A DNA stretch of 26,265 bases, taken from contig JBCDDK010000096.1 in NCBI GenBank assembly GCA_039180345.1, positions 1 through 26,265 of the forward strand, read 5' to 3'. Under the pieces are notes generated by a model, which saw nothing but the letters and a program-made list of their open reading frames with translations, made no database searches and had not been told where the DNA came from. Of the stretch, positions 9,600-17,307 are shown in pieces; the stretch's first letter is position 1; the number at the start of each line of letters is the position of its first letter. The DNA comes from Cyanobacteria bacterium P01_G01_bin.39. Lineage in GTDB: Bacteria > Cyanobacteriota > Cyanobacteriia > Cyanobacteriales > Xenococcaceae. The position numbers and the translations under genes were made by a program.

Positions 9600-9971
9600 A
9601 TGACTATACTAATAAACTTAATTAGAAAATATTGGATATTCAATACGCTATTAATTCTGACAGGTATCACTGTTTTATCTCTATCGCCGTTAGACAACTT
9701 GCCTCCCGTACCTGGTCAAGATAAAACCCACCACTTAATTGCTTATGCAGCTCTAATATTGCCGATCGCTTTAAAGAAAACTACATCTTGGTATTTATTA
9801 GGCATTGCTGTTCTATTTATCATCTACAGTGGCGCAATTGAGCTGATTCAGCCTTATATTAATCGCTATGGAGAATTTGAAGATTTGCTGGCTAACTGTG
9901 TTGGGTTGGTTTGTGGTTGGTTAATCGCCCAGCTTATCAACCGATTGTTTCCTGCCAATTCTCATTCTTAA
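9600..9971 (+). CDS. VanZ-like family membrane protein
   Basis: 123 aa with about 4 TM segments. VanZ-type spacing is DKTHHLIAYAAL ... ELIQ ... R ... EDLLANCVG. Confidence 0.65.
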   Translation: MTILINLIRKYWIFNTLLILTGITVLSLSPLDNLPPVPGQDKTHHLIAYAALILPIALKKTTSWYLLGIAVLFIIYSGAIELIQPYINRYGEFEDLLANCVGLVCGWLIAQLINRLFPANSHS

Positions 9972-10281
9972 TAATTAAGAGTATTAGTCATGATGATTAT
10001 TAATTTACTGTTGAGATAAAGAGATAATATTATAGATTTAATGGCTGTTATCTTTACCAATTTCATCATAGGTTTTATAAAAAGAATCTATAAAATAATA
10101 TTTTGTTAATCGCATACAGTCTTTCTTATTGCGATCGCACATAGCTTAGAAATTTGTCAAAGATGATCACTTTTAGTATGCTAACAGGAGAATTACTGTA
10201 AATCTTCTGGTTGATTCTCAGATGAGTTAGATCGATCTCTGATAGATATAAAATGATTAAGCTATTCATTATTTTCTTGTT

Positions 10282-10704
10282 TTGACCTTACCGCCAAATC
10301 TATCAAGATTATTACCAAAATCAGAAGATGACCGTATTTTTAGCCATTTCACGAATGCCATTGGAGTTATAGGAATTACTGGAATTGAGGGAAATACTTT
10401 AGAATTGTACGAGCAAGTATATGTAAAACAGCTTACTTTTGGCTTAGGAAAAAATTCTTTTCTGGCTGGCAAGATAGGAGAAATATTTGTTACCGAACTA
10501 GGTATTGATGCCAGCGAAAGCCAATTGATGAGTATTGGCGTTTTCGGCGATAAGCAAAACTTTGTGATTCAATTTTCTAAGAAAGAAGCTTTTCTAAATA
10601 ATGACGTTAGAGTGTTAGGACAAAAACCTTCAAGAAATATCTATACTATTCCTGGAGGTTCTACACTAGAAGGTAAGTTTCTAATTACAAGGATTCGGTT
10701 ATGA
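10282..10704 (+). CDS. Hypothetical protein (no recognisable family)
   Basis: 140-codon open frame whose only possible start is TTG 10282, with no SD. Its stop overlaps the next gene's start (ATGA at 10701-10704), which supports it being real. The antisense ORF 10269..10472 is the alternative reading. Confidence 0.4.
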   Translation: MTLPPNLSRLLPKSEDDRIFSHFTNAIGVIGITGIEGNTLELYEQVYVKQLTFGLGKNSFLAGKIGEIFVTELGIDASESQLMSIGVFGDKQNFVIQFSKKEAFLNNDVRVLGQKPSRNIYTIPGGSTLEGKFLITRIRL

Positions 10705-11303
10705 GTCAGGTCAATCTAAATTCATTGATGGAAAATTTAGACTCTCCACAAATATCACGGCAAATTCCTGCAATGGATGAGGCAACAGCTATCGTTGAAA
10801 CTTTAGCCATTAAAGCAGTTGATTCCTTAAAGACAAGCTCAAATCCTTTTCTCGTTGCAGAACGCTTAGGTCGCTTCGGTTCAGTAATTGTTCCTCATTT
10901 AGAAATGCTGATCCAAGACTCGCACAATTGGGAGGTAAAAATATTAGCCTCTTTGGTATTGCTGCAATTAAATTCTCAAGTTGGAGTCCCTATCCTATTA
11001 AACGCTATTGAGGATAATGAAGAATATGCCATATTAGCGGCACAACATTTAGCACAGGCAAATGTTAAGGAGGCTATTCAACTAATATGGAATCGACTTA
11101 GGAAAAGTAAATTAGAACAAGTCGATTTGATTGAAAGCCTTCTAGCTTCCTTGAGTAGATTAAACCGCAAATTACCTCAAGACCTTTGGCAACGCTTTAC
11201 TGCTAATGAGATGCCTTGGGAGATTAAAACAATGTGCTTGAACAACTTTTCTGTTGTAGAAAATAGTCTGGAAGAAAGCCAAAACGTATATTCAACTCAT
11301 TAA
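10701..11303 (+). CDS. HEAT/PBS-lyase-like helical repeat protein
   Basis: ATG 10701 is preceded by AAGGA (10689-10693). It has repeated helix-turn-helix units of HEAT type: VIVPHLEMLIQDSHNWEVKILASLVLLQL, then VGVPILLNAIEDNEEYAILAAQHLAQ, then KEAIQLIWNRL. Confidence 0.55.
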   Translation: MSQVNLNSLMENLDSPQISRQIPAMDEATAIVETLAIKAVDSLKTSSNPFLVAERLGRFGSVIVPHLEMLIQDSHNWEVKILASLVLLQLNSQVGVPILLNAIEDNEEYAILAAQHLAQANVKEAIQLIWNRLRKSKLEQVDLIESLLASLSRLNRKLPQDLWQRFTANEMPWEIKTMCLNNFSVVENSLEESQNVYSTH

Positions 11304-11603
11304 TGTATGAAAACTACAACATCCGATTGTCAGAAGATTTAAAATCAAAGCATTATTGATAAATATAGGAAGAAATAAGAGAAAGTTAGTCAGATTCATC
11401 CAATTTTGATTGATTATCAGTCAAGAGACTATTTATGACGATAAATATCAAGCTTCTTATGAAAAAGCGATAAGAGAATATATCTGAATTTCTTAGCTAG
11501 GAGAAAATTAATCTTTACTTCATAGTAATAATTAAAGTAGCTTCGTTAATATTTGAGTAATTACCACCAACACAAGGTGAATTACTTTAAGAATTATTCA
11601 AAT

Positions 11604-12005
11604 ATGAGTTCAGAACTATTAACTGCTGCAAGTTTACTGAATATGGCTTTAGGGGGCATTATCGGGGGTGCGGCTAACGAAGGAAGAAAAAGACTGTGGC
11701 AAATGATTAGAGATCGCTTGCGGCAAAATCAGCCTGTTATTGAAGCCGAAATAGTTGAATTAGAGCAAAATCCTATTCCAGAGAATTTACAACCTTTAGA
11801 AGCTTTTCTCCAAGTGGAAATGCACAAAGACAAGGCATTTGCTGAAGCGATAAGTAAATTAGGTCAGGAAATAGCCAATGCAAATAGTGGCGACACCATC
11901 GAAATGAAAGAATTTGAAGCCAAAGATAATGCTGTTGTCATTGGCAAAGCAGAAGCCCAAACTCAGAATTTTGGAGGTACTCATCTTCATCCAAAAAAGA
12001 ACTAA
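11604..12005 (+). CDS. 133-codon ORF encoding what appears to be the detached N-terminal domain of the downstream NB-ARC/TPR protein
   Basis: I chose ATG 11604 (MSSELLTAASLLNMALGGIIGGAANEG...); the track ORF begins at TTG 11553. It is helical with a glycine-zipper first helix. It ends at TAA 12003-12005, two codons after the A_AAA_AAG heptamer. The -1 frame is open from 11930 into the NB-ARC gene. Confidence 0.6.
   Translation: MSSELLTAASLLNMALGGIIGGAANEGRKRLWQMIRDRLRQNQPVIEAEIVELEQNPIPENLQPLEAFLQVEMHKDKAFAEAISKLGQEIANANSGDTIEMKEFEAKDNAVVIGKAEAQTQNFGGTHLHPKKN
11993..11999 (+). other. A_AAA_AAG heptamer in X_XXY_YYZ phase with the upstream ORF: either a candidate -1 recoding site or the site of a 1-nt homopolymer deletion
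   Basis: Zero-frame codons are cc-A AAA AAG aac taa. A -1 slip, or one extra A, reads ...HLHPKK-ELTPDEYVEVLYKIEQ... straight into the NB-ARC frame. An SD-like GGAGGT at 11973-11978 lies 14 nt upstream. Confidence 0.45.
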
Positions 12006-12196
12006 CCCCAGATGAATATGTTGAAGTCCTATATAAAATTGAACAAGCAAATTCTCAAGTTACCACCTCAACAAATTTAAATACACTACCACCAAATCTC
12101 GAAAACTGGGTCGAGAGAACAGAAGAAATAGAGATCATTGAAGCATGGTTAAATAATCCACAGATTGCGACTGTAGGAATTACTCAAGCAAACACT

Positions 12197-14311
12197 TTGG
12201 GGATTCAAGGCTTAGGTGGGGTCGGAAAATCTACTTTAGCGGCGTATTTCTATCATTCTCTAGATTTTGAAGCCAAATTTTGGGCAGATGTTAGTGCCAA
12301 ACCCGACTTTACTATCTTTGCCGAAAAGATAATTATTGCTTTGGGCGGCAAGGTTGCTTTTCCCATTGATCTTACTGAGTTAATCAACAACCTACTTAAT
12401 TTACTCAGTCAGCGTCGTTGTTTATTGGTAGTGGATAATTTAGAAACCCTGCTGGATCAACAGAGAAATTGGCAAGACGAGAATTATCAGCAATTTTTTA
12501 GCCGCTGGCTGCAACAAGGCACAAAAAGTACTCTGTTGCTAACTACTCAAGACAAGCCAAGCTTATTCCAAAGTTTACAATCTTGGTATCCTTTGGGGGG
12601 AATGAAGATAACTGAAGGGGTTGAATTATTTCATCAACTTGGCATTATTGCCACCGAAGAAGAATTAACCAAGTTTGTTGAATATGTCCAGGGGCATCCT
12701 TTAACTATAAAGTTAGTAGCAGGGTATCTAATTAGCTACTGCGACAGTCAATTTAGTCAAGTTGAGGAATTAGAGTTAGCACAGTTTGAATTAGCTTATC
12801 AAGAAGCGACAGGATCGCACCGTAACCAAAAAGATGCTCGTCTATCTTGGATTATTCAACAACATCTAGACAAGTTAAGTTTAGAACAAACTCAATTTCT
12901 GATTGGTTTAAGCGTATATCGGGTACCTTTTAATCGCCAAGCAGCTAGTTACATGTGGCACGAGGAAGAAGCAAAGCCAATAATTATTAATAAAAAGCTG
13001 CAAGAATTATGCGATCGCTCGTTATTAATTAAGACAGAAGAGTTTAATTTTCAATTTGAATCTTTAGTCCAGAAATTTATTTTGCAGCAAGCTCATGATT
13101 TAAGTAATGCACATGTGCAAGCAATTGAATATTATCAAGCTAATTTAAAAGAAGCACAATCTTGGCAAGTTTTAGAGGATGTTAAGGAATATTTAGAAAT
13201 TATTCACCATCGCTGTGAATCAAGACAGTATGCTATAGCTAGTAATGTCTTGAATATCTGTTATGAATTCCTAAGTTTACGGGGATATTATGCAGTATTG
13301 GTAGAAGTATATGAACCAATAACTCAGGGATGGCAATCTTGCCTACAAAAAGAAGATCGTTATGACTATGCTTGGGCATTAAATCGTTTAGGTATTTTTT
13401 ATCGCTATTTAGGGAAAGTCCAGCAAAGTATTGTTTACAATGATCGCTCTCTAAAAATATTTCAAGATATTGGATCTGTTAGTGGATCAGCAGCAGCTTT
13501 AAATAATTTAGGCATTGCTTACTTTTCTTTAGGAGAATATCTACGAGCAATTGATTTCCACCGACGGGCGTTAGCGATTAGACAACAAATCGGCGACCGC
13601 CATGACGAAGCTGCTTCTTTAAATAATCTAGGCAATACTTACTGTTCTTTAGGAGAATATTCACGAGCAATTGATTTCCACCAACAGTCGTTAACCATTC
13701 AGCAACAAATTGGCGACCGCTATGGCGAAGGGATATCTTTAAATAATCTAGGTAATGCTTACTTATCCTTGGAAGAGTATCCACGAGCAATTGATTACCT
13801 TCAACAATCGTTAGCGATTACACAACAAATAGGCGACCGCAATAGCAAAGCGGTATCTTTAAATAATCTAGGCATTGCTTACCATTCTTTAAGAGAATAT
13901 TCACGAGCAATTGATTTCCATCAAAAGTCGTTAGCCATTCAGCAAAAAATCGGCAACCGCGAACAAGAAGCTAAATCTATAGGTAGTTTAGGCAATGTTT
14001 ACTATTCTTTAAGAGAATATTCACGAGCAATTGATTTCCATCAAAAGTCGTTAGCCATTCAACAACAAATCGGCGACCGCTATGGCGAAGCTAATTCTTT
14101 AGGTAATTTAGGCAATGCTTACTATTCTTTAGGAAAATATTCACGAGCAATTGATTTCTATCAACAGTTGTTGGCGATTGCACAAAAAATAGGCGACCGC
14201 CATGAAGAAGCTAATGCTTGGTTTAATTTATTTATTACTTATAACAAGCTACAGCAAGAGTCGGAAGCGAAAGCAGCTTATGAAAATTATATCAGGCAAG
14301 GAATTTTATAA
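12197..14311 (+). CDS. STAND NTPase of the NB-ARC (AP-ATPase) type with C-terminal TPR repeats (bacterial NLR-like)
   Basis: Motifs present are Walker A GLGGVGKST, Walker B RCLLVVDNLE, a sensor-like STLLLTTQD and a GxP motif GHPLTIKLVAG, followed by at least 8 TPRs. TTG 12197 is the first possible start codon, yet the frame is open and clearly coding back to about 11999 (LPPNLENWVERTEEIEIIEAWLNNPQIATVGI). The true product therefore probably begins at 11604 through a frame change. Confidence 0.85.
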   Translation: MGIQGLGGVGKSTLAAYFYHSLDFEAKFWADVSAKPDFTIFAEKIIIALGGKVAFPIDLTELINNLLNLLSQRRCLLVVDNLETLLDQQRNWQDENYQQFFSRWLQQGTKSTLLLTTQDKPSLFQSLQSWYPLGGMKITEGVELFHQLGIIATEEELTKFVEYVQGHPLTIKLVAGYLISYCDSQFSQVEELELAQFELAYQEATGSHRNQKDARLSWIIQQHLDKLSLEQTQFLIGLSVYRVPFNRQAASYMWHEEEAKPIIINKKLQELCDRSLLIKTEEFNFQFESLVQKFILQQAHDLSNAHVQAIEYYQANLKEAQSWQVLEDVKEYLEIIHHRCESRQYAIASNVLNICYEFLSLRGYYAVLVEVYEPITQGWQSCLQKEDRYDYAWALNRLGIFYRYLGKVQQSIVYNDRSLKIFQDIGSVSGSAAALNNLGIAYFSLGEYLRAIDFHRRALAIRQQIGDRHDEAASLNNLGNTYCSLGEYSRAIDFHQQSLTIQQQIGDRYGEGISLNNLGNAYLSLEEYPRAIDYLQQSLAITQQIGDRNSKAVSLNNLGIAYHSLREYSRAIDFHQKSLAIQQKIGNREQEAKSIGSLGNVYYSLREYSRAIDFHQKSLAIQQQIGDRYGEANSLGNLGNAYYSLGKYSRAIDFYQQLLAIAQKIGDRHEEANAWFNLFITYNKLQQESEAKAAYENYIRQGIL
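13500..14220 (+). repeat. Six tandem 120-bp (40-codon) near-identical TPR-encoding units
   Basis: The period is exactly 120 bp: the units line up in every second 60-nt sequence row. Long identical runs occur, for example ttctttaagagaatattcacgagcaattgatttccatcaaaagtcgttagccattca at about 13885-13941 and again at 14005-14061. Confidence 0.9.
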
Positions 14312-14417
14312 AGATATAGAAAAATGTGATGAGGCGCTCAAAAGTTTGGAATAACATTAGAAATTTTTTAAGCTAAAAATCATCTCGGCAAATAAATATT
14401 CTTTACTTAAACTAACA

Positions 14418-16235
14418 TCAATTAAAAACTTCTCCTGTTTCTTGTAAAGAATGTAAACGATGATAAATACCGCCGTGATTTAACAATTCCTCATGGCTAC
14501 CAACCTCGATAATCCGTCCTGCATCCAAGACTACAATTTGATCGGCTTCACGAATGGTACTGAGACGATGGGCAATAATTAGGGTGGTGCGGGTACCAAG
14601 GATGGACTTCATTGCCAGTTGAATCGAACGTTCGGATTCATAATCTAAGCTGGAGGTGGCTTCATCAAAAATCAAGATATCGGGGTCAACTACTAAGGCT
14701 CTAGCAATCCCTAGTCGCTGCTTTTGTCCCCCTGATAGTCTAACTCCTCGTTCTCCCACTAAGGTTAAATAGCCTTGGGGTAGTTCATGAATAAACTCAT
14801 CTACTCGCGCTATCTGACAGGCTTGCTTAACCTGTTCTCGATTTACTTTGGGATTGCCGTAGGTCAGGTTATCCCAAACAGTACCATTAAATATATCCAC
14901 ATCCTGATGGACGATCGCTAGACGGCGACGATAATGGGCTATATCTAACTCCTGAATATTGGTGCCATCGACTTTGATTGCTCCTTGATTAGGTTCAAAA
15001 TAGCGAAATAAGAGCTTAACCAAGGTGGATTTACCAGAACCCGAACGACCAACTAAAGCGACGGTTTGATAGGGTTTGATGATCAGGTTAATGTCCTGTA
15101 AGATTAAGCGATCGCTGTGGTAACCAAAACTAAGATGATTAAATTCTAAGTTACCTTCAAAGTGATAGGGATTATTCGCTACATCTTCTATAACTAAGCT
15201 AGCAGCATCGGCACCAGACTCAAGCTGCATAAAATCATGAAAACGGCGCATTGAGGCATAACGGCGGGCAAAGATCTCGGCTAGTTGGCTAATGGGTTCT
15301 AATTCTGCATAAGCCATACTCGAAACTGTCAGGGTGGTGATAAAGTGTCCCAGGGTGATATTACCCCTGACGGTAGAAATCAGGGTAAAGAGCAAAATCA
15401 GAAAGACACAGGTTTGAATTACCGTACGTGACCAGGTAATTAGATTGACATAGCCGCGATGAATACGATAGGTAACGTATGTAAATTCTCGTTCAAACCG
15501 CTGCCGCTGCCGTTGATATTCTTGGGCTTCGGTGGCAAAAGATTTGACGGTTTTAATGTTGGTAATGATTTCTGAGGTACGACTTTCGGTATTTTCCTGA
15601 TGCTTTTCTAGTAACTCCTCCTTGGCAATCAGAATTTTGAGATGTTTCAAGCTGTAGGAAAGAATCAACACAAAAGAAAGCAAAAAGGCGATCGCAATTC
15701 CCGCATCGATAAACAAAATCATCACAAAAATGCCTAGTATTCTGGCAAACTTAGGAATCAACTGTCCTGCAATTTCAGGATATGTCCAGGTGTGATTTTC
15801 AATTCCTCGCGCAATTCGACCCGCAATTCGACCTGGGTTATTTTCGTCGTAATAACCCAAGGGTAGAGTCAAAATCTTAGCCACCACCTGACTAAAATGA
15901 TCTCTTCTGGCTTTGAGGGCAATTGCCCAATGGTGCCACACCCCAATCCAAGGCTGAATTGGCGATCGCACTACCGTTACCAGAAAAATTATGCCTAGCA
16001 ACACTCCTAAAGATAACCATTTACCCTCAGGAAAATTGCCTATATTTTGAACTGTGGTAATTAAACTGACTAGAAGTGAATCGAGAGGCTGATTTGATAA
16101 AACATTTAAAATCTGTCCAATAATGTAGGGGACAACCAAATCAATAATTTCAAACAGACTTGATGCGGAAATACTTGCAATAGCGATCGCTTTGTAGTTA
16201 CGAAAGTAACCAACGACATCTTTGAAAGAAGACAT
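14418..16235 (-). CDS. ABC exporter, fused permease and ATPase half-transporter (MsbA/ABCB-like)
   Basis: 605 aa starting at ATG 16235. The N-terminal domain is a 6-TM type. The ATPase domain has Walker A GRSGSGKST, signature LSGGQKQRLGIARAL, Walker B ILIFDEATSSLD and H-loop IAHRL. Confidence 0.9.
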   Translation of the reverse strand: MSSFKDVVGYFRNYKAIAIASISASSLFEIIDLVVPYIIGQILNVLSNQPLDSLLVSLITTVQNIGNFPEGKWLSLGVLLGIIFLVTVVRSPIQPWIGVWHHWAIALKARRDHFSQVVAKILTLPLGYYDENNPGRIAGRIARGIENHTWTYPEIAGQLIPKFARILGIFVMILFIDAGIAIAFLLSFVLILSYSLKHLKILIAKEELLEKHQENTESRTSEIITNIKTVKSFATEAQEYQRQRQRFEREFTYVTYRIHRGYVNLITWSRTVIQTCVFLILLFTLISTVRGNITLGHFITTLTVSSMAYAELEPISQLAEIFARRYASMRRFHDFMQLESGADAASLVIEDVANNPYHFEGNLEFNHLSFGYHSDRLILQDINLIIKPYQTVALVGRSGSGKSTLVKLLFRYFEPNQGAIKVDGTNIQELDIAHYRRRLAIVHQDVDIFNGTVWDNLTYGNPKVNREQVKQACQIARVDEFIHELPQGYLTLVGERGVRLSGGQKQRLGIARALVVDPDILIFDEATSSLDYESERSIQLAMKSILGTRTTLIIAHRLSTIREADQIVVLDAGRIIEVGSHEELLNHGGIYHRLHSLQETGEVFN

Positions 16236-16242
16236 GTTAAAG

Positions 16243-16277
16243 GGATGAAGGATAAGGAACGAGGAATGAGGACATAG
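16243..16277. repeat. Imperfect heptamer repeat (GATGAAG GATAAGG AACGAGG AATGAGG ACATAGA)
   Basis: 7-nt periodicity with a conserved GGA/AGG core, immediately upstream of the ABC exporter start. The reverse complement resembles the TTGTTCC family at 6992. Confidence 0.45.
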
Positions 16278-16610
16278 AAATCTTCATTTCATAAATTTTT
16301 GTCAGTCAATCAGATCACCAACTCTTTTCTATACTTGTATTTTTTAAAAATTTCATGCAAATATTATTTTGTAAATGATATTTATAAAGTAATAACAAAG
16401 TTTTTGATGTGCCATACAATAAACACATAAGTGATATTACGTTTGTAATCGACTTATTTTCGATCACATATTTACTATAAAATCTATATTTTTTATCCAA
16501 ATGTAAAAAAAATCAATCATTTTTTATTCCAAATATATCTTTAATCTTTAAACTAATGTAAAATACTATTCATTCTATCGCTAAAAGCTTGGGCGCTTTA
16601 GGCTGAAATA

Positions 16611-16926
16611 TTTCTTTAATTGCAGACATTAAATTAACAACTGATAAAGATGGTAATGTCTCTATTTCTAACTCAGGAATTGAATTAATCCTACCGTCTC
16701 AACTTCTAGGTACGGCTCTATTCTATATAATAATACTGCTCCCGAAACACTATTAAATGAATTAATTAGCAATCCCTACAGTTTAAATTCATAACAACTG
16801 TTAACCAGATATTCTGCTAGTAAACGTATTTTTCAACGTCAAGCTGATGGTACGCTTAATTCTCGCTTCGACTATACCTACGACAATTTAGGCAGACGTA
16901 CCGAAGTAGCTACGGTTAAATTATAG
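16611..16926 (+). pseudogene. Degraded, internally deleted copy of the 5' part of the downstream RHS gene
   Basis: 16611-16851 aligns by eye with 18473-18709, and 16843-16912 aligns with 20066-20135. The two blocks join at GC(T/C)GATGGT. The copy carries an in-frame TAA (16792-16794, CAA in the intact gene) and a small frame-disrupting insertion near 16725-16735 (I did not fix its exact length). Confidence 0.7.
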
Positions 16927-17307
16927 ACTGCGATCGCATTTATCTGAATAAGAACTACAGATAATCCTTGTCCGTTAACCAAAGATAATAAACAATAGCT
17001 TTAGCGATCGCTATATCGTATTATGGAATAATCAAAATACACTTTAGATTAGAAAGCATTTAGGTAAAAAATTTAGGCAAAACTTACTTACCTACAAAAT
17101 ACTATCTCAATAACTGTGATTATACTATCGAATTGCTCGGTAGATTTTCTTACTCGATAAAATCTTTTTTGGCGATAACTTCATCAACACCTTATTATCT
17201 GAGTAATACATATTATTTTTTAGAGAAGCTTACTTATCAGATCTAGAATATATACTGAGATAATGCTAGTTTGTTTATATTAATAAATCAAATTTGCCGA
17301 GCAAATT

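Noticed and set aside
5883-12050. Other track ORFs overlapping accepted genes (5883..6068, 7317..7541, 10269..10472, 11859..12050, and 13578..13790 just beyond this span), together with the upstream extensions of track ORFs to 5835, 6365, 7852, 9254 and 11553.
   Set aside because: They are antisense or alternative-frame overlaps with better-supported genes. The upstream extensions translate AT-rich leader sequence, and internal ATGs give N-termini that match family expectations.
11604-12300. A two-gene Bell/BASS-type amyloid signalling pair, in which a small effector with a C-terminal amyloid motif pairs with an NLR carrying a matching N-terminal motif.
   Set aside because: The NB-ARC frame has no start codon upstream of the P-loop. 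The C-terminus of the small ORF (DNAVVIGKAEAQTQNFGGTHLHPKKN) has no counterpart in the -1 frame N-terminal segment. A single fused protein interrupted by a frame change explains the sequence better.
13500-14220. A regular 120-bp repeat array that could be mistaken for a CRISPR-like or satellite array.
   Set aside because: The repeats are contiguous with no spacers, are in-frame inside a long ORF, and translate to canonical 40-aa TPR units.
14418-16235. The ABC exporter acting as the type I secretion ATPase for the RTX-containing RHS protein.
   Set aside because: At 605 aa it has the plain MsbA-like layout without an N-terminal C39 or C39-like domain. No membrane-fusion or outer-membrane component is adjacent. 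It is separated from the RHS gene by 2.2 kb and is on the opposite strand.
16315-16500. 61-aa minus-strand ORF in the AT-rich spacer.
   Set aside because: It lies in an extremely AT-rich stretch with Lys/Asn/Ile/Tyr-dominated translation and no start context. This is expected by chance in such DNA.
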